Source: Octopus vulgaris
Taxonomy: Eukaryota
Length of the DNA: 64,000 nt
Reading direction: 5' to 3'
NCBI GenBank assembly: GCA_951406725.2
Contig: OX597820.1
Location: 96,534,001 to 96,598,000 of the forward strand
A program made the position numbers and the translations under genes. The notes under the pieces were generated by a model. The model searched no databases, was not told where the DNA came from, and saw only the letters and a program-made list of their open reading frames with translations. Below, in pieces: positions 28,961-48,093 of the stretch (positions within the stretch are counted from its first letter, which is position 1; the number at the start of each line of letters is the position of its first letter).

Positions 28961-29940
28961 CAAACAACGTACAAAATACATAGAAATCAAATAGATGTAA
29001 TTTGGAGAGAAAAAAAAAATCTATAGAACAAAATAGAAATAAAGAAAAGACAAAATTATTTATATTTAAATTGTAACGTCATCTGCTTGTTTTTTGTTTG
29101 GTAATTAATTTGAGATTCTGTTCGGTGTCCAACTGAAGCAGGTCTTTATCGTACGTACTCTGCTGTGTTACGTCCGTATCCAAGACGCTTAATTCACAAA
29201 TAGCTCACATCAGCTAATTGTAAACTTGGTACGATGGAGAGTAGAAACTCAAGCAGAAATCTGGTTTAAACACACCATATAACACCGCATAATCGTTTTA
29301 TTTTTTTTTTAAATTCCGCCAAAACTCATTGATATAAGTGTGGAAAGAGGACTTAACAACAGATTTATTTGTTTGTAGTGCTGAGTTTAAATTATTCCAT
29401 GTGTCAAAATATATTCCAACAGTTTAAAAGAGTTGATGTTATATGTTTCGAGCAAAGCTCTTATTCGGAAAGAGGAAACATAGGAAAGTCCAAGAGTAAT
29501 GGAAGAAAGAGGAAAAAATCGCCAGTAGTCCACGTCTAGTTACATGTATGTATTAGTATGTAAATATATGTATGTGTGCATATACATATGTGTGTGTGTT
29601 TATGTATGTATATATACACACACATATGTATATGCACACATACATACATATACATATATGTACATAAAAATATACATATATATAGACATACACACACACA
29701 AATACAATATGGGCGTATGCGTCTTTGTGTTCATGCTTGACACCTTACCATCGCCACCGCGTTGGTTTGTTTATGTCTCCTTGACTTAGTTTTTTCGGCA
29801 AAAGACACAAGACTTTTAAAAAATAAGTCGATTTGTTCTACTAAACTCTTCCGAGCTGTGCTTCAGGTTGGTCACAGTCCAATGAGCGAAACAAATAAAA
29901 GATAAAAGATGAGCTAGCTAGCTAGCTAGCTAGATATATA

Positions 29941-29971
<31 letters not shown>

Positions 29972-29976
29972 TCTTC

Positions 29977-30007
<31 letters not shown>

Positions 30008-30047
30008 CATACATACATACATACATACATACATACATACATACATA

Positions 30048-30262
30048 CGAGGGCTGCTGAAAAGTTCCTGGTTTTGGGTTAAAGAAAATACAGAAGGATC
30101 AGTTTATCATGATTTTATTCAGCCTATTCTCCTCTCAGATTTACACACTTATTGCCGCGGTCCTTCAGTTTTTCCAAGCCCTGTAAAAGAACTCGGAACG
30201 TTGGGCACCAACCAGATTTTTCGCGACACCCTTAAAGCCAGGAACCTTTCAGCATCCACTCA
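30048..30262. mobile_element. Mariner-type MITE (~215 bp)
   Basis: CGAGGGCTGCTGAAAAGTTCCTGG ... CCAGGAACCTTTCAGCATCCACTCA with TA flanks. Copies occur at 31295 and 54362. Confidence 0.85.
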
Positions 30263-30275
30263 TACATACATACAT

Positions 30276-30347
<72 letters not shown>

Positions 30348-30986
30348 GGATTTCTTTAAAAGGGGTACAAAAATATGTGTTACTTTGAGGAACAAAAGCA
30401 GTTGCTAAAACCTGGTCAGGTTCACAACAATCCTGGAACCTCTTTTAATACAAACCTTTTTTCATTTTTTAAAAATTTACTTTCTAAACTCTATCAGGAC
30501 AAAAGGAACCCAAGCAAAAGCCTGACAGAAGGTACTGTAGGTGCCCCTTCGCCTTTGTTACTTCATAAATTTTTGAAAAATGCATACTTTTTAAAGAAAT
30601 TTTGCAGATATAAACTCAGGTTAAGAAGTTCACCTTGCATCCACGTGGTTTTGAGTTCAGTCCTGAACAAGTGTCTTTTACTAAAGCTCCGGACTGAACA
30701 AAGTTTTATGCATGAATTTAATAGACGGAAACTATGTAGAAGCCCATTGCATTTATATATATATATAACCTTTTAGTTGTTTCAGTCGTTTAACTGCGGC
30801 CATGGTAGAGCACCGCTTTGAAAGGTTTTAGTCGAACAAATCGACCCCAGGGTCTATTTTTTAAAGCCCAGTAGTTATTCTACAGGTCTCTTTTGCCGAA
30901 CCAAAGCTATATGTATACACATACATACATACATACATACATACATACATACATACATACATACATACATACATACATACATACAT

Positions 30987-31017
<31 letters not shown>

Positions 31018-31018
31018 T

Positions 31019-31082
<64 letters not shown>

Positions 31083-31194
31083 TGGGTGCGATGGGTAACT
31101 GTTTATATTTTTAATTTCATGCATGTGCATTGTTTGTTTTTGATTTTGTCGATTGCATACATACATACATACATACATACATACATACATACAT

Positions 31195-31225
<31 letters not shown>

Positions 31226-31294
31226 TACATACATACATACATACATACATACATACATACATACATACATACATACATGCATACATATATACAT

Positions 31295-31509
31295 AGAGGG
31301 CTGCTGAAAAGCTCCTGGTTTTGGGTTAAAGGAAATACCAGAGTATCGGTTAATCATGATTTTATTCAACACATTCCCCTCTCAGATTCCCACACTTATT
31401 GCATCGGTCCTTCAGTTTTTCTAAGCCCTGTAAAAGAACTCGGAATGTTGGGTACCAACCAGATTTTTCGCGAAGCCCTTAAAGCCAGGAACTTTTCAGC
31501 ACCCACTCA
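31295..31509. mobile_element. Mariner-type MITE, part of a local duplication of 30048-30543
   Basis: Same MITE and same downstream flank as the 30048 copy. Confidence 0.85.
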
Positions 31510-31734
31510 TACACACACACACACATACGGATTTCTTTAAAAGGGGTGCAAAAGTGTGTGTTATTTTGTTATTTTGAGGAACAAAAGCAGTTTTTAAAAG
31601 ATGCTCAGGCTCATAACAATCCTGGAACCTCTTTTAATATAACCCTTTTTTAAAAATTTACTTTCTAAACTCTGTCAGGATAAAAGGAACTCAAACGAAA
31701 GCTTGACAGAAGATACTTTAGGTCTTACATCTAT

Positions 31735-32895
31735 ATAGGAGGGTCGAAGCAATTCAATCTGCCAGAAATTTAGAAACTACATGCTGTACTGCTCGCCATT
31801 CGCACCGGAACCCCAATACGAACATTTCAGAGTGTTTGGGTGTCAATCTGAGGACAGTGCAAAGGATTCGAAAAGAGTTGGATTAATCTAATGGTGATTC
31901 CGAAGGTTCAGCAGCTCCGAAAACTCACTCTGATCGTTCTGATAAGAAAAGAACTCCTGAATTTATTGGTGAGATCGAGGCCATGCTTGACAACGATTCC
32001 TCCAAGTCAATCAGGTCCATCGCCAGGAAAATGGGAGAATCTGAGTTTCTTATCAGGCAGGTAATGCATGAAGGCATTCCGTATTCCTCATGCAAGATGA
32101 GAAAGGGCCAATTTTTATCCCAAGCCATCAAGGACAAGAGGAAAGACCACGCTACGAAGCTCTTGAACAATCTCAAGCATCCCTCCAAGCGAACATACCT
32201 TGGTTTTCTCAGACGAGAAAACTTCTGCCAGAGTTATATGGTTAACACACAGAACAACCATTGGTTTGTCGTGTCCCAAAAACATGTACCGAGAGTTATA
32301 GAAATCACACATCCAGTCAACATCATGGTGCTTGGAATTATTCATTAGTGATGGCGACGTTATGCCTCCATTCATCTTCCCATACAGCATCAGAATCCAC
32401 ACGGAGGCCTACATCACGTACCTGGAGGAAGTAGTGCTGCCTTGGGTCAATAGGGTGGCTGCTGGAAGTCCTATGTGGCAACAAGACTCTGGAACATGTC
32501 ACACAAGTAGGTGAACCCAGTCATGGCTGTCAGACAATTTCTGCGACCACATCACCCTTCACATCTGGTCAGCTAACTCTCCAAATTGCAACCCCCGTGA
32601 TTATTATGTGTGTGGAGCAGTTGTGCGAGAAACCATACAACTCCTTGTAACACCAAAGATGAACTGAAGGCAAGGATTATGGCAGCATTCACCAACTTAA
32701 GGACACCGTCCAGAAGAGTTGCATGAGATTCCAAAGTCTTTTGGAAGCCGTGATTGAAAACAATGGCGATTTTATTGAATAAATCTACTCTTCAGTATTT
32801 CAAGATATTTTTATGTAATTTCGGTAAATATATCTGTTAAAATGAGACGCCAGTTTTATTTTCATCTTTGCGTAATTTAGACGGAAATTCACTGC

Positions 32896-32897
<2 letters not shown>
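31735..32897 (+). mobile_element. maT (DD37D) transposase pseudogene
   Basis: Translation KSIRSIARKMG...SDE(K)NF...WQQD, then exactly 37 codons (including one stop) to the D of SPNCNPRDYY. Frameshifts are present. Confidence 0.9.
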
Positions 32898-32928
<31 letters not shown>

Positions 32929-33644
32929 TGTATGTATGTATGTATGTATGTATGTACGTATGTATGCATGCATGTATGTATGTTTATTCGATCAAACTCT
33001 TTTGCCGAACCGCCAAGTCACGGGAACATAACCACACCAACACTGCTTGTCAAGCGATGACGGGGGACAAATAAACACACACGCACACACACTCACATAC
33101 ATACATATATTATTTAAGAATTACTGTATACGAAAGAATGTTGTTTACAGATGTAAGGTTATTTTTGAGGGCAGTTTTTACATATACATAGGTGCCACGT
33201 AGAATTTTACTTAGAAACGTATTTCTAACCATATTTACACCTTTAGTAGTAGAAACAGGTCCTCTTCCACTAGTCTTAGTATTTGGGATTTCAAGGACAA
33301 GAAAAAAATGTTTCTGTGGAGTGAGAAATTATAAGCAACGCTACTATAAGCAACCTGAATACTCTTTCTGCCTTCTTTGTTTAGAATATTATTTTCTAAA
33401 AGACGTCTCTTAAATGCTAAGATAGAAATGGGATTTTCTTGTGTGCATGCATCAAAATAGACATTTAGGAATTATAATTAGGTTTATAGTAATTATTGGT
33501 AATTGCTTATATATTAAAGATATTTATATATTTAAATGGATCAATATTTCTGGTATAATGCAGTTTTTCGGGTTTAATACACTAAATACGTATAAATGCT
33601 AATCAAATATTGTGAATGTAAGTTAAATGTAAGTGATGATCAAT

Positions 33645-34046
33645 ACTCTCTTTTACTTGTTTCAGTCATTTGACTGCGGCCATGCTGGAGCACCGCCTTT
33701 TAGTCGAGCAAATCGACCCCAGGACTTATTCTTTGTAAGCCTAGTACTTATCCTATGGGTCTCTTTTGCCGAACCGCTAAGTAACGGGGACGTAAACACA
33801 CCAGCATCGGTTGTCAAGCGATGTTGGGGAGACAAACACAGACACACAAACACACACACACATATATATACATATATATATATACGACGGGCTTCTTTCA
33901 GTTTCCGTCTACCAAATCCACTCAAGGCTTTGGTCGGCCCGAGGCTATAGTAGAAGACACTTGCCCAAGGTGCTATGCAGTGGGACTGAACCCGGAACTG
34001 TGTGGTTGGTAAGCAAGCTACTTACTACACAGCCACTCCTGCGCCT
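33645..34046 (-). mobile_element. SINE family A (full length)
   Basis: High similarity to 412-818. Confidence 0.9.
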
Positions 34047-34527
34047 TTACTGTAAATTTGATTAAACATACTTCTCTGAAATATTTTGTTAAAATTCCTA
34101 TAGTAACATATTAAACTAAACTTAAGATATAACATTATATTATAACAGTGGCAGCTTTGGTGTGCTTGGTTATCAAGTAGATATTCTATATGTAGTATGA
34201 GGTAATATGTAGGTTCTGATCATGTTTACGTAATAAGTATTGACCTTATATTTACGCAAATATTGATGACGTAACAATTTTAGGTGGAATTAAATTTGAT
34301 GTGATATATTTTATTAACCTTCAGTATTAACAAACATATGCTCAACTACTTGATATATTTAGCTACCCTCTCCTTCACACTTCATCTATAACGTTTTCCA
34401 CGTTCATTCGTTTTTATCTATAATTCTCTTTATAATATCTATACCTTAACTATCATAACACCATCAATGAACCATTGTGTATCATATTTGCACAAGCACA
34501 TATATACACACACGTGTGTGTGTGTGT

Positions 34528-34581
<54 letters not shown>

Positions 34582-35016
34582 GCAGAAATGTGATTTCCTT
34601 TTGAAATTCTCCCAGAGGAAATACCGAATTGACTGGTTTCGAATATTGGAATTTGAACTGATATTTATTTCTGTAATTGAATTGATTGGGTGTAGAAACA
34701 GCTATAGGCAGAAATTTCTCTGTAAGAATTTTTGAATGCCCGTGCAGGAAAAGAAAGATGACCACGTGAGGAAAAGAAAGATGGATGATGGTCACGTGTG
34801 AGCAACGAGAGAGAGAGAAACAGACAAACAGAAAATGGTGAATGAAGGAGGGGGAGAAAATGAGAATTAGAGAAGGATGGGGAAAGAAAACAGTAAAGAG
34901 TAGAGAGTCGCATCAAAAAGGTGAAGATAAACTTACTTGGAAATGGATGCGTGGCGTTCAATTAAATAATAAATAATATAATATATATATATATTTGTAC
35001 GTATGTGTGTTTATGT

Positions 35017-35048
<32 letters not shown>

Positions 35049-35767
35049 GTATATATGAGTACAGGACGTCACTAAGGTGCAAATAACATGAAATACGTAA
35101 ACAAACGAGTTAGATACTTACAACGAGACTTTTTGTTTATTATATGTAGGGAAGTAAATATGTGAGTTAACATGATCTCCCCACCTCCCTCCCAAACCAA
35201 TATATATATATATATATATAAACACTCCTATCAACAAACATTTTTACCAAAAGACATGTATCTTACACCTCATTAACACCACCACTCCAGACATACACCT
35301 AAAACAGAAAATTACTAAAAGAATTTGGAAAAAAATATCTGGCCATTAGATTTCTGATCAAAGTTCAATTATTCAAATGACTCACAAAACACTCCTTTAA
35401 CACCCCCACCTCCCAACTCCACCCTCAATCAAGTATCGTGTGTTGACCATTCACTACTTTCTTTCAGCTATCATTCATCAGTCTTTCACTCCCACACTGC
35501 TTAACAAATCCAGACCCCACCCAAACACACCCAACTCCCACATATAGAATCACAAAGCCTCAAATCCTCAGATCTGTTTGACAACGAAGGTGAGAATGTT
35601 CACCTAAAAAGTTAACAAGGAAATTTTTTTTAATAGATCTAAGAACTAAAATTTACTTAATTAAACAACTAAAAAATAATAAATTAAGCTGATTAGAACT
35701 ACCAGTGAAGTCATTCTTTTTCTTTTTTCAAATATACCTACAGTACCAAGAATTTCACACAGTTTCT

Positions 35768-36670
<903 letters not shown>

Positions 36671-36706
36671 TTACATCTCCGTAATATATATATATATATA
36701 TATATC

Positions 36707-37103
36707 GGCGCGGCGTGGCGGCGAGGTAAGAAGCTTGCTTTCCAATCTCATGGTTCTGGGTTCAGCCCAACTGCATGGTATCTTGGGCAAGTGTCTTCTA
36801 CTATAGCCTCAGGCCGACTGAAGCCTTGTGAGTGGATTTGGTAGAAGAAAAACTGAACGAAGCCTGTCATATATATATATACGCATATGTGTCTTTGTGC
36901 CTGTGTTTGTCCTCCTACCACCACTTGACAACCGATGTTTATATCCCCGTAACTTAGCAGTTCGGCAAAAGAGACCGATAAAATAAATATTAGACTTATA
37001 AAGAATAAGTTCTGGGGTCGATTTCTTCGACTAAAACCCGTTAAGGTGGTCCTCTAGCATGGCCGCTGTCAAATGACTGAAATAAGTACAAGAATAAAAG
37101 AAT
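36707..37103 (+). mobile_element. SINE family A
   Basis: Head, CORE-like block and tail of family A. An inverted partial head follows to ~37235. Confidence 0.8.
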
Positions 37104-38103
37104 ATACGACAGGCTTCTTTCTGTTTCCGTCACTCAAATCCATTGGTCGTCCTGAAGCTATAGCAGATGATACTTGCCCAAGGGTCTGCGGGACTGATCC
37201 CAGGACCATGTAGTTGGGAAGGAAGCTACTTATCAATCAGTCGTTTTGAGGAAACAACACTCTCAGAAGTGTATCTCTACAAGCGTATTCTACACTCGAT
37301 ATTTTATTGAAAGTTATGAATTTCTCAGAAAATTTTAAGGTAGCGGCACCAATCTTCAGTAATGCCGAAACTCCGTTGTTGAGTCGATGCGAATTGGTTA
37401 TCACTGTCGATTGAGGGCTTCTCGTTGAGTTGATTCACAGATTATCAACTTCTCATTCTCTGTTAATAATTCTGTGTATTATTTACACTTCAGAGATACA
37501 TTTCAGAACACTTCCATTATATGTCCTTGTAAACCCGACTCTTATCTTAACAAAGCTCTTCACTAATGTCATAAAGTTGAAAGCAAAATGTACTCCAATT
37601 TATTTTGAGTTTAATTGAAAGAACATCAAGGCTGGGATGACAGTGGGAAAAGAGGTTAGTTTTTATATATAGAATTTAACAGAATAAAGAGATTTTGAAC
37701 CGGACAATGTGTAGTATGTGTAGCTATTGTATTGCATACTAAGAAGAAACTAATGATTAATAAGCTGTCCCACAACTCATTGAAGTCGATGTATGAACAG
37801 TGGAGAGGAGGCTCATTATGTTCTGAGTTAAAATCCCACCGAGTTCAGCTATATACATACATGTCTGTGTGTGGGCGTGTGTGCGTGCATGTAAGTATAA
37901 GTCAGCTATATACATATTTATAATAACAAAATGATAAATAAAACATATGCATATATACATACATATATGTACATACCTACATTTATATGTATATATACAT
38001 GCATATATACAGGACACCAAAAAAACGTAGAACACAATGAGAAACGAGAACTTAAAAACATAAAAGCAAAACCATAGAAACGGACTTTTTCAAATACACA
38101 TAT

Positions 38104-38141
<38 letters not shown>

Positions 38142-38377
38142 GCAGCGCATCCCGGTGTTGCCCTGGTGGTATGCTCTACAGCCACACTGTATTATTTCTT
38201 CCTTTCTTACGGGCAGAATCGGCGCAGCTGATATATAGTTAACTGGATTACTGGCGTGAAGGAAGTTATTGTTTATTTGAAAGTGAAGTGGGTGAGGGTA
38301 CAATCTGCTTGGATTTGCATGGAAGTGCTCTCTGTTCTTAAAAACTATTACAAACTATGCATTGTTTCATCATATAA

Positions 38378-38517
38378 AAGGTGGTTAATATAATTTTGCC
38401 CAGAAATCACATTTTCAAAATTTTAATTTCCCCTCGTCCCCACCGCAATTTCTCAATTTGTACTTTTTCTAATTTTCTTTTTTATTATCCACGTAGAAAA
38501 ATACAGATTACCAATCT

Positions 38518-38563
<46 letters not shown>

Positions 38564-39052
38564 CTTAATTTTTCTTAAAGAAACACTCAGTGCCACTTTC
38601 TCCACCTCACCCAGCCATCACCTACTCGCATTCAAAAAGCTAAAATCTCCTAATGTTTCACTTTCATCTTATGTTTCATGCATGCGTAGAAATGTACAGA
38701 AATAGAAAGCGTAAAAAAATACCCGACCACCACCAGAAAACCCGATATACTAGAAACAACAGGTATCCGACATTGTTTCTAAAGAAACTTTCCAGCTTTC
38801 CAAAAAGCTAAAAACGAAACATCGAGAGTTTGTAACTTTTTGAAAGTGGTGAGGTGATGGGTGGATGTTTGGGAAGGAGATTTTAGTGTTTCTTCAAGAA
38901 AGAATGAAGAAGAAAGATTCGTACTCACTTTTTTCTCCTTGGGTTACTAAGAGAAAAATTTGAAAAAAAATTTTTTAATGAAGAAAGTGGGATGGGGAGG
39001 GAGAAAATTAAAATATTGAGAACGTGTTTTTGGGGCGAAATCCTAATCTCCT
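38378..39052. mobile_element. Old fold-back MITE with long degenerate TIRs
   Basis: 38394-38443 pairs imperfectly with 38987-39039, and 38571-38627 with 38842-38900. Confidence 0.5.
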
Positions 39053-39619
39053 GTATAGAAAACATAAAAAACGGAAGAAATTTAGGAAACAAATAAAGAC
39101 GGAGGACGCAAATGCCGCATCCGACATGCTAGAAACAACAGATAAATAACGAAAGTGAAACATTAGAAGCAAATCGAAATATTGTCCAAAAATGACAATA
39201 TTGTGCGACCCAACCTTGTTTCCGAGATTATTTTAGAAGTAAAAAGGAGTTGTTGTGCCAAAAACATAGATTATTCGGTAGATAGATAAGCAGCTTCCTT
39301 TATCATAGTACAGATGTGGCTAATTTGGAGAGACATTGCTTTCATTATTCACACATCATCACTATCGTAATGCAAAACTTTGTAAATTTGGTTCAAATTG
39401 AAAGTGTGAAACTATATTCACTTTCTAATGAAACCTGGTCGTTGTAGAGCAGTGTATTTCAAATAGCTATAGCTGGTTGTTGGGATAACGTAGAAAATAT
39501 GTAAATGAAAATAAAGTTTATTTAGTAGCCGAAAGATTACAGAACATTTTGATACCCCATACGTCAAAATCGGCTCAAGGAACGTACGCACACTCCCACA
39601 CATACAAACTCCTTTATAT

Positions 39620-43912
<4,293 letters not shown>

Positions 43913-44033
43913 TATATATAACAGTACTGAGAGGATAAGAAACGGAACGAAGCGACGAATCGAAACGAACCCGACGCGAAGGCGCTGTCAGACAATAGTG
44001 TAATAAATAAAATATATGCATACATACAAACAT

Positions 44034-44924
44034 GGATCTTTTCAATTCTGAAGCCAGTTTTTTCAAATTTTTCCTACTGAACCAAACAATTTGAAACTTC
44101 GTATACTGGTAGAATGTGTCAAAAGTAAACTTAATTGTAAACCAGAATGAAAACGGAATTGTAACTTCTAAGTTTAACGTTGTTTAATAATTAGAATTTT
44201 AACCAATGATATTCCGTAATTCGGCTTTATTTTATTTACTCCGTCTCGACCACCAATTTGGTGACGTATTAAACATCTTAAATGTAAACAGACCGCATGT
44301 CTCCGTGAAATCTCCTTCTAATTATTTAACGTACTCATGTTTCCAGGATCCTATAGTCAGCCACCTTCTAATAACAATATTTAAAACTAGTTAATAAGCC
44401 ACATGTATTAAATTGAAAATGTTTCCATTCTGTTAGTACTTGCTTTCGTTTGCTATTAAGAAGTGGCATCTCAGTGACGAGGCTTCTAACAAGATTTCGT
44501 TTCTAAGCTAATGCGTTTCATTTCACTTATTGTATTTATTTGTGCAAAAGGCAAGAAATTTAATATTAAAAAAGCAAAGAGCTGGCAGAAACGTTAGCAC
44601 GCCGGGCGAAATGCGTAGCCGTATTTCGTCTGCCGTTACGTTCTGTGTTTGTTTACAGTTTTCAAACGAACGTTAGTACGTCACAAAAGCGCTTTCTACG
44701 TCACACTAATAGAATACAGTCAAGTTTTACACATGAAAACAAACAATCTGATTGGTTAAAATTCGCAGTTTTAATCTACGATTAAAGTCATAAAATAGAT
44801 TTTTCTCAAATAAACTAGTTCCAACCTGTGTCTTGTTTTGCTAGACTCTATCAGCATACGAAGTTTCAGATTATTTAGTTAAGTAGAAAGATCTGTGGTC
44901 CTGGCTTCAGAATTGAAAAGATCC
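44034..44924. mobile_element. Mutator-like MITE (891 bp)
   Basis: Perfect 24-bp termini GGATCTTTTCAATTCTGAAGCCAG / CTGGCTTCAGAATTGAAAAGATCC, longer imperfect TIRs, and a 9-bp TSD TACAAACAT (44025-44033, 44925-44933). It carries a SINE B head at 44578-44650. Confidence 0.9.
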
Positions 44925-45189
44925 TACAAACATATATGTACGTACCTACATCTACATGTATATATACATGCATATATAAATATATATACGTGAGTACAGG
45001 ACACCACAACTAGACGTAGAACTCAACGAGAAAAAATGGCGTTTCCGTTTTCGTTTCTCGTTGAGTTCTACGTCTAGTTGTGGTGTCCTGTACTCACGTA
45101 TATATATTTATATATGCATGTATATATACATGTAGATGTAGGTACGTACATATATGTTTGTATGTATGCATATATTTTATTTATTACAC

Positions 45190-45259
<70 letters not shown>

Positions 45260-46596
45260 TGGTATATTCTGTTAAGAACGAAGTAGAGTACAGTAAGAAC
45301 CTCATCCACCGTCAGATTTGACTCTGTGTTATCCAGTAGTAGTATTATACGGGCTTCCAGATTTGGGTTTGGGCTTCTGTCGTGTGTGAATAGATAACTG
45401 AAAAAAATTTGGAGTCAACAAGAAAGAGTACGGCTGGACATTTATTTCCAATCGCTACAATTATTTGTATATGTGTATGTATGTGAGTGCGCGTACATAT
45501 CCGTTTATGTGTGCTTGTATATGGGTGTGTGTTTGAGTGAGTGTGTGCGTGTGGTGGGTGAGTGAATGCAACTTTAGATTTATGTTGATTGATAAGTTCC
45601 AAACTTAAAATTAATGGATCACTTTGGTTTGGCTGCCAGCATCATTTTCTCTTCGAATTGATTTCATATTCCATGTAATGATACACTATTATAGGCTAAT
45701 GTATGAAGTGAAAATCCTTTTCGTTATAAATCGATAAATAAAGAGTTAGTAACAATTAAATTTTGAAAATTTTGGGTAATTTTAGCTAATCGTAAGCCAC
45801 AGACACAGTCATGCCTGTTTCCATAGTAACAAGCCAAACATTAGAACTCTTTAGTCAGCTACAAAGCACGTGTGTTGACAAATATTCTCTACGCGATGCC
45901 ACCTGCGTTGATGCTGTGTTCTGTTGCTTGTGCCCATTTGTTGCTTGTAGCCTGGTCGTGAGATGTGCTAAAAATAACAGTTAAATATGCCTTAAATCAC
46001 GCTCCCCGCAATTTTAATTATTCTTTTTGTTTTCTTTTTTTTTTGCATAATCGTATGAATTCTCGTGTGTGGAGTACAAATTCGAAAAACCTTTCTGAAA
46101 ATTCCAACTTTTAAAAAAGTTATGAGGGGTTCTATGTCGTACGTTAAGCAGAATTTGATTTATTTACAGTTTCATATAAAAACACGTGCTATTTTCAGAA
46201 TGTTGGCAACACGTGCAGTCACACCCAAAATGACAGCTTCCAAATTCTGTTTCCTTACTCGGTGAAGATGATTAAACTTTAAAACCTCTATAACTTTTTT
46301 AAAACATTTTACAGGAAAAAGTGAAATAACTCTAGCAATTCAGCTTGGAAAAGTATATTAATGTGCCAAATTTTAAAATTTTATATAAACTTTAATTTTT
46401 GAAATGCTGGGTCTATATGCTGAACTAAACTCTTCAAGGCTGTGCCCCAGCATAGACGCAATCCAATAACCGGTTAAAGAGTAAAGGATTAAAACAATAT
46501 ACATACATACACACACACATACCATACTTAATTTTGAATATTTATCAATCATACGGAGAATATAAATAATATAAATGTATCGTTAATAAATTAGAT

Positions 46597-46822
46597 CCGT
46601 GGTTCTCAACCATTTTTTGTCTATAGAACTCTTTGATACCTATTTGATTCTACCAGACCCGCATAGACATTTGATGTTAAAAAAATTTCAGGAATTGTAC
46701 TAAAAAATTGTTAAAATATTTTGTTTATTGAAGTAGTATAACCATTTTATTGCACATAAATTCTAACAACTAAATTTTATACGGAGCCCAAAGGCCATAT
46801 GGACCTCGGTTGAGAACCACTG
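46597..46822. mobile_element. hAT/Charlie-type MITE
   Basis: TIRs CCGTGGTTCTCAACC / GGTTGAGAACCACTG and an 8-bp TSD (A/G)ATTAGAT. Confidence 0.85.
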
Positions 46823-47995
46823 GATTAGATCTACGGTATTTCTCTCCATAGTTTATCAGATTTACGATTATTGCAAATTTATGCCTTCGATTTCGTCCCA
46901 TAGTTTGGAACGTGACGCAAGAGTTAGGATGATAGGTAGGTAGGCATGGAGGTAGATAAGTAGGAAGGAAGGTACTTGTATATTGATATATAAACTTCCT
47001 GTATTAATATATTTGTTTACTCACATCTTCTCGCTGAAGAAATGGATTTTAACAAACTATTCGAGGTACTTTCAGCTTTTTGTGAGTGTTTTACTAATGT
47101 ATGTGTTTCTATGCGGTCTTTGTCCCGCTGGAAAGTGCAATCAGATGTCATCAAACTACTCCCACCACCTTCAAAAAGTGCATAGCTGAGGTAATGAAGG
47201 AATTGTCTATGCAGTCGCTCGATCACAGCCATGGGGACATATTGGATGATGGGCCTTTCGATACATTATGTCTGGAAAAAATAAAACAAAAGATAGAATG
47301 GTCATTTCTGGAACACTTTTGATCATAGACCTGCTCCGTCGGGGCTTAATGAGGCTAGACGAAAACATCAATGCATACTAAGTAAGTTAGACACTTTTGG
47401 TTGGAAGTTTGATGCTTTAGATATTCGAGCAATTACGAACGACAGTTAAAGTTATGAAAGTAAGTAAATAAAAGAGAGGCAGCAGATATGCAAATACGAG
47501 AGTGACGAAACAGTAACTAAAGCACTGTGAAAACAAATATGTATATTTCTGTCTAGTAAATATAATCACTTAACCACGTGTGAATTTTAATGAAACGGAG
47601 AGTGTTTGGACAAGTTAAATATATTTACAAAACAACAATGAGGTTAAGTTATGCACCTTTTTGCATAATGAACGTATGTACAATGAACAGTCGTCAGTTA
47701 CAAAACAATGTCTCTTCGGCACTTGGTGGGAATATAGATTTTATATGTTATTTGAAGTATAGCATTTTAAAACGGTAAAGGTTATTTTTAAAAGAGATTT
47801 GACTGCTGGTTCATCAGGTCGAACTACTGTGTGTGTTTGCACACGCGTGTATGAGTGTATGTGTGCGCACGTGTGTGTGTGCACACGTGCGTGCTTGTGT
47901 GTGCACGGTTGCGTATGTGTATTTATTTATATATATATTTATATATATATATACATATATATATGTATATATATATGTGTGTGTGTGTGTGTGTA

Positions 47996-48033
<38 letters not shown>

Positions 48034-48093
48034 TTTGTGTGTGTGTGTGTGTGCGTGCGTGTATGTACACGCATATGTTCATACATATATATA

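Noticed and set aside
45817-45830. RFX X-box match GTTTCCATAGTAAC
   Set aside because: A rough estimate gives about one chance match of the degenerate consensus in a window this size, and it is far from any supported transcription start.
47101-47385. Possible internal exon (73-aa ORF with a nearby GTAAGT)
   Set aside because: No recognisable domain, in-frame stops precede the donor, and no convincing acceptor.
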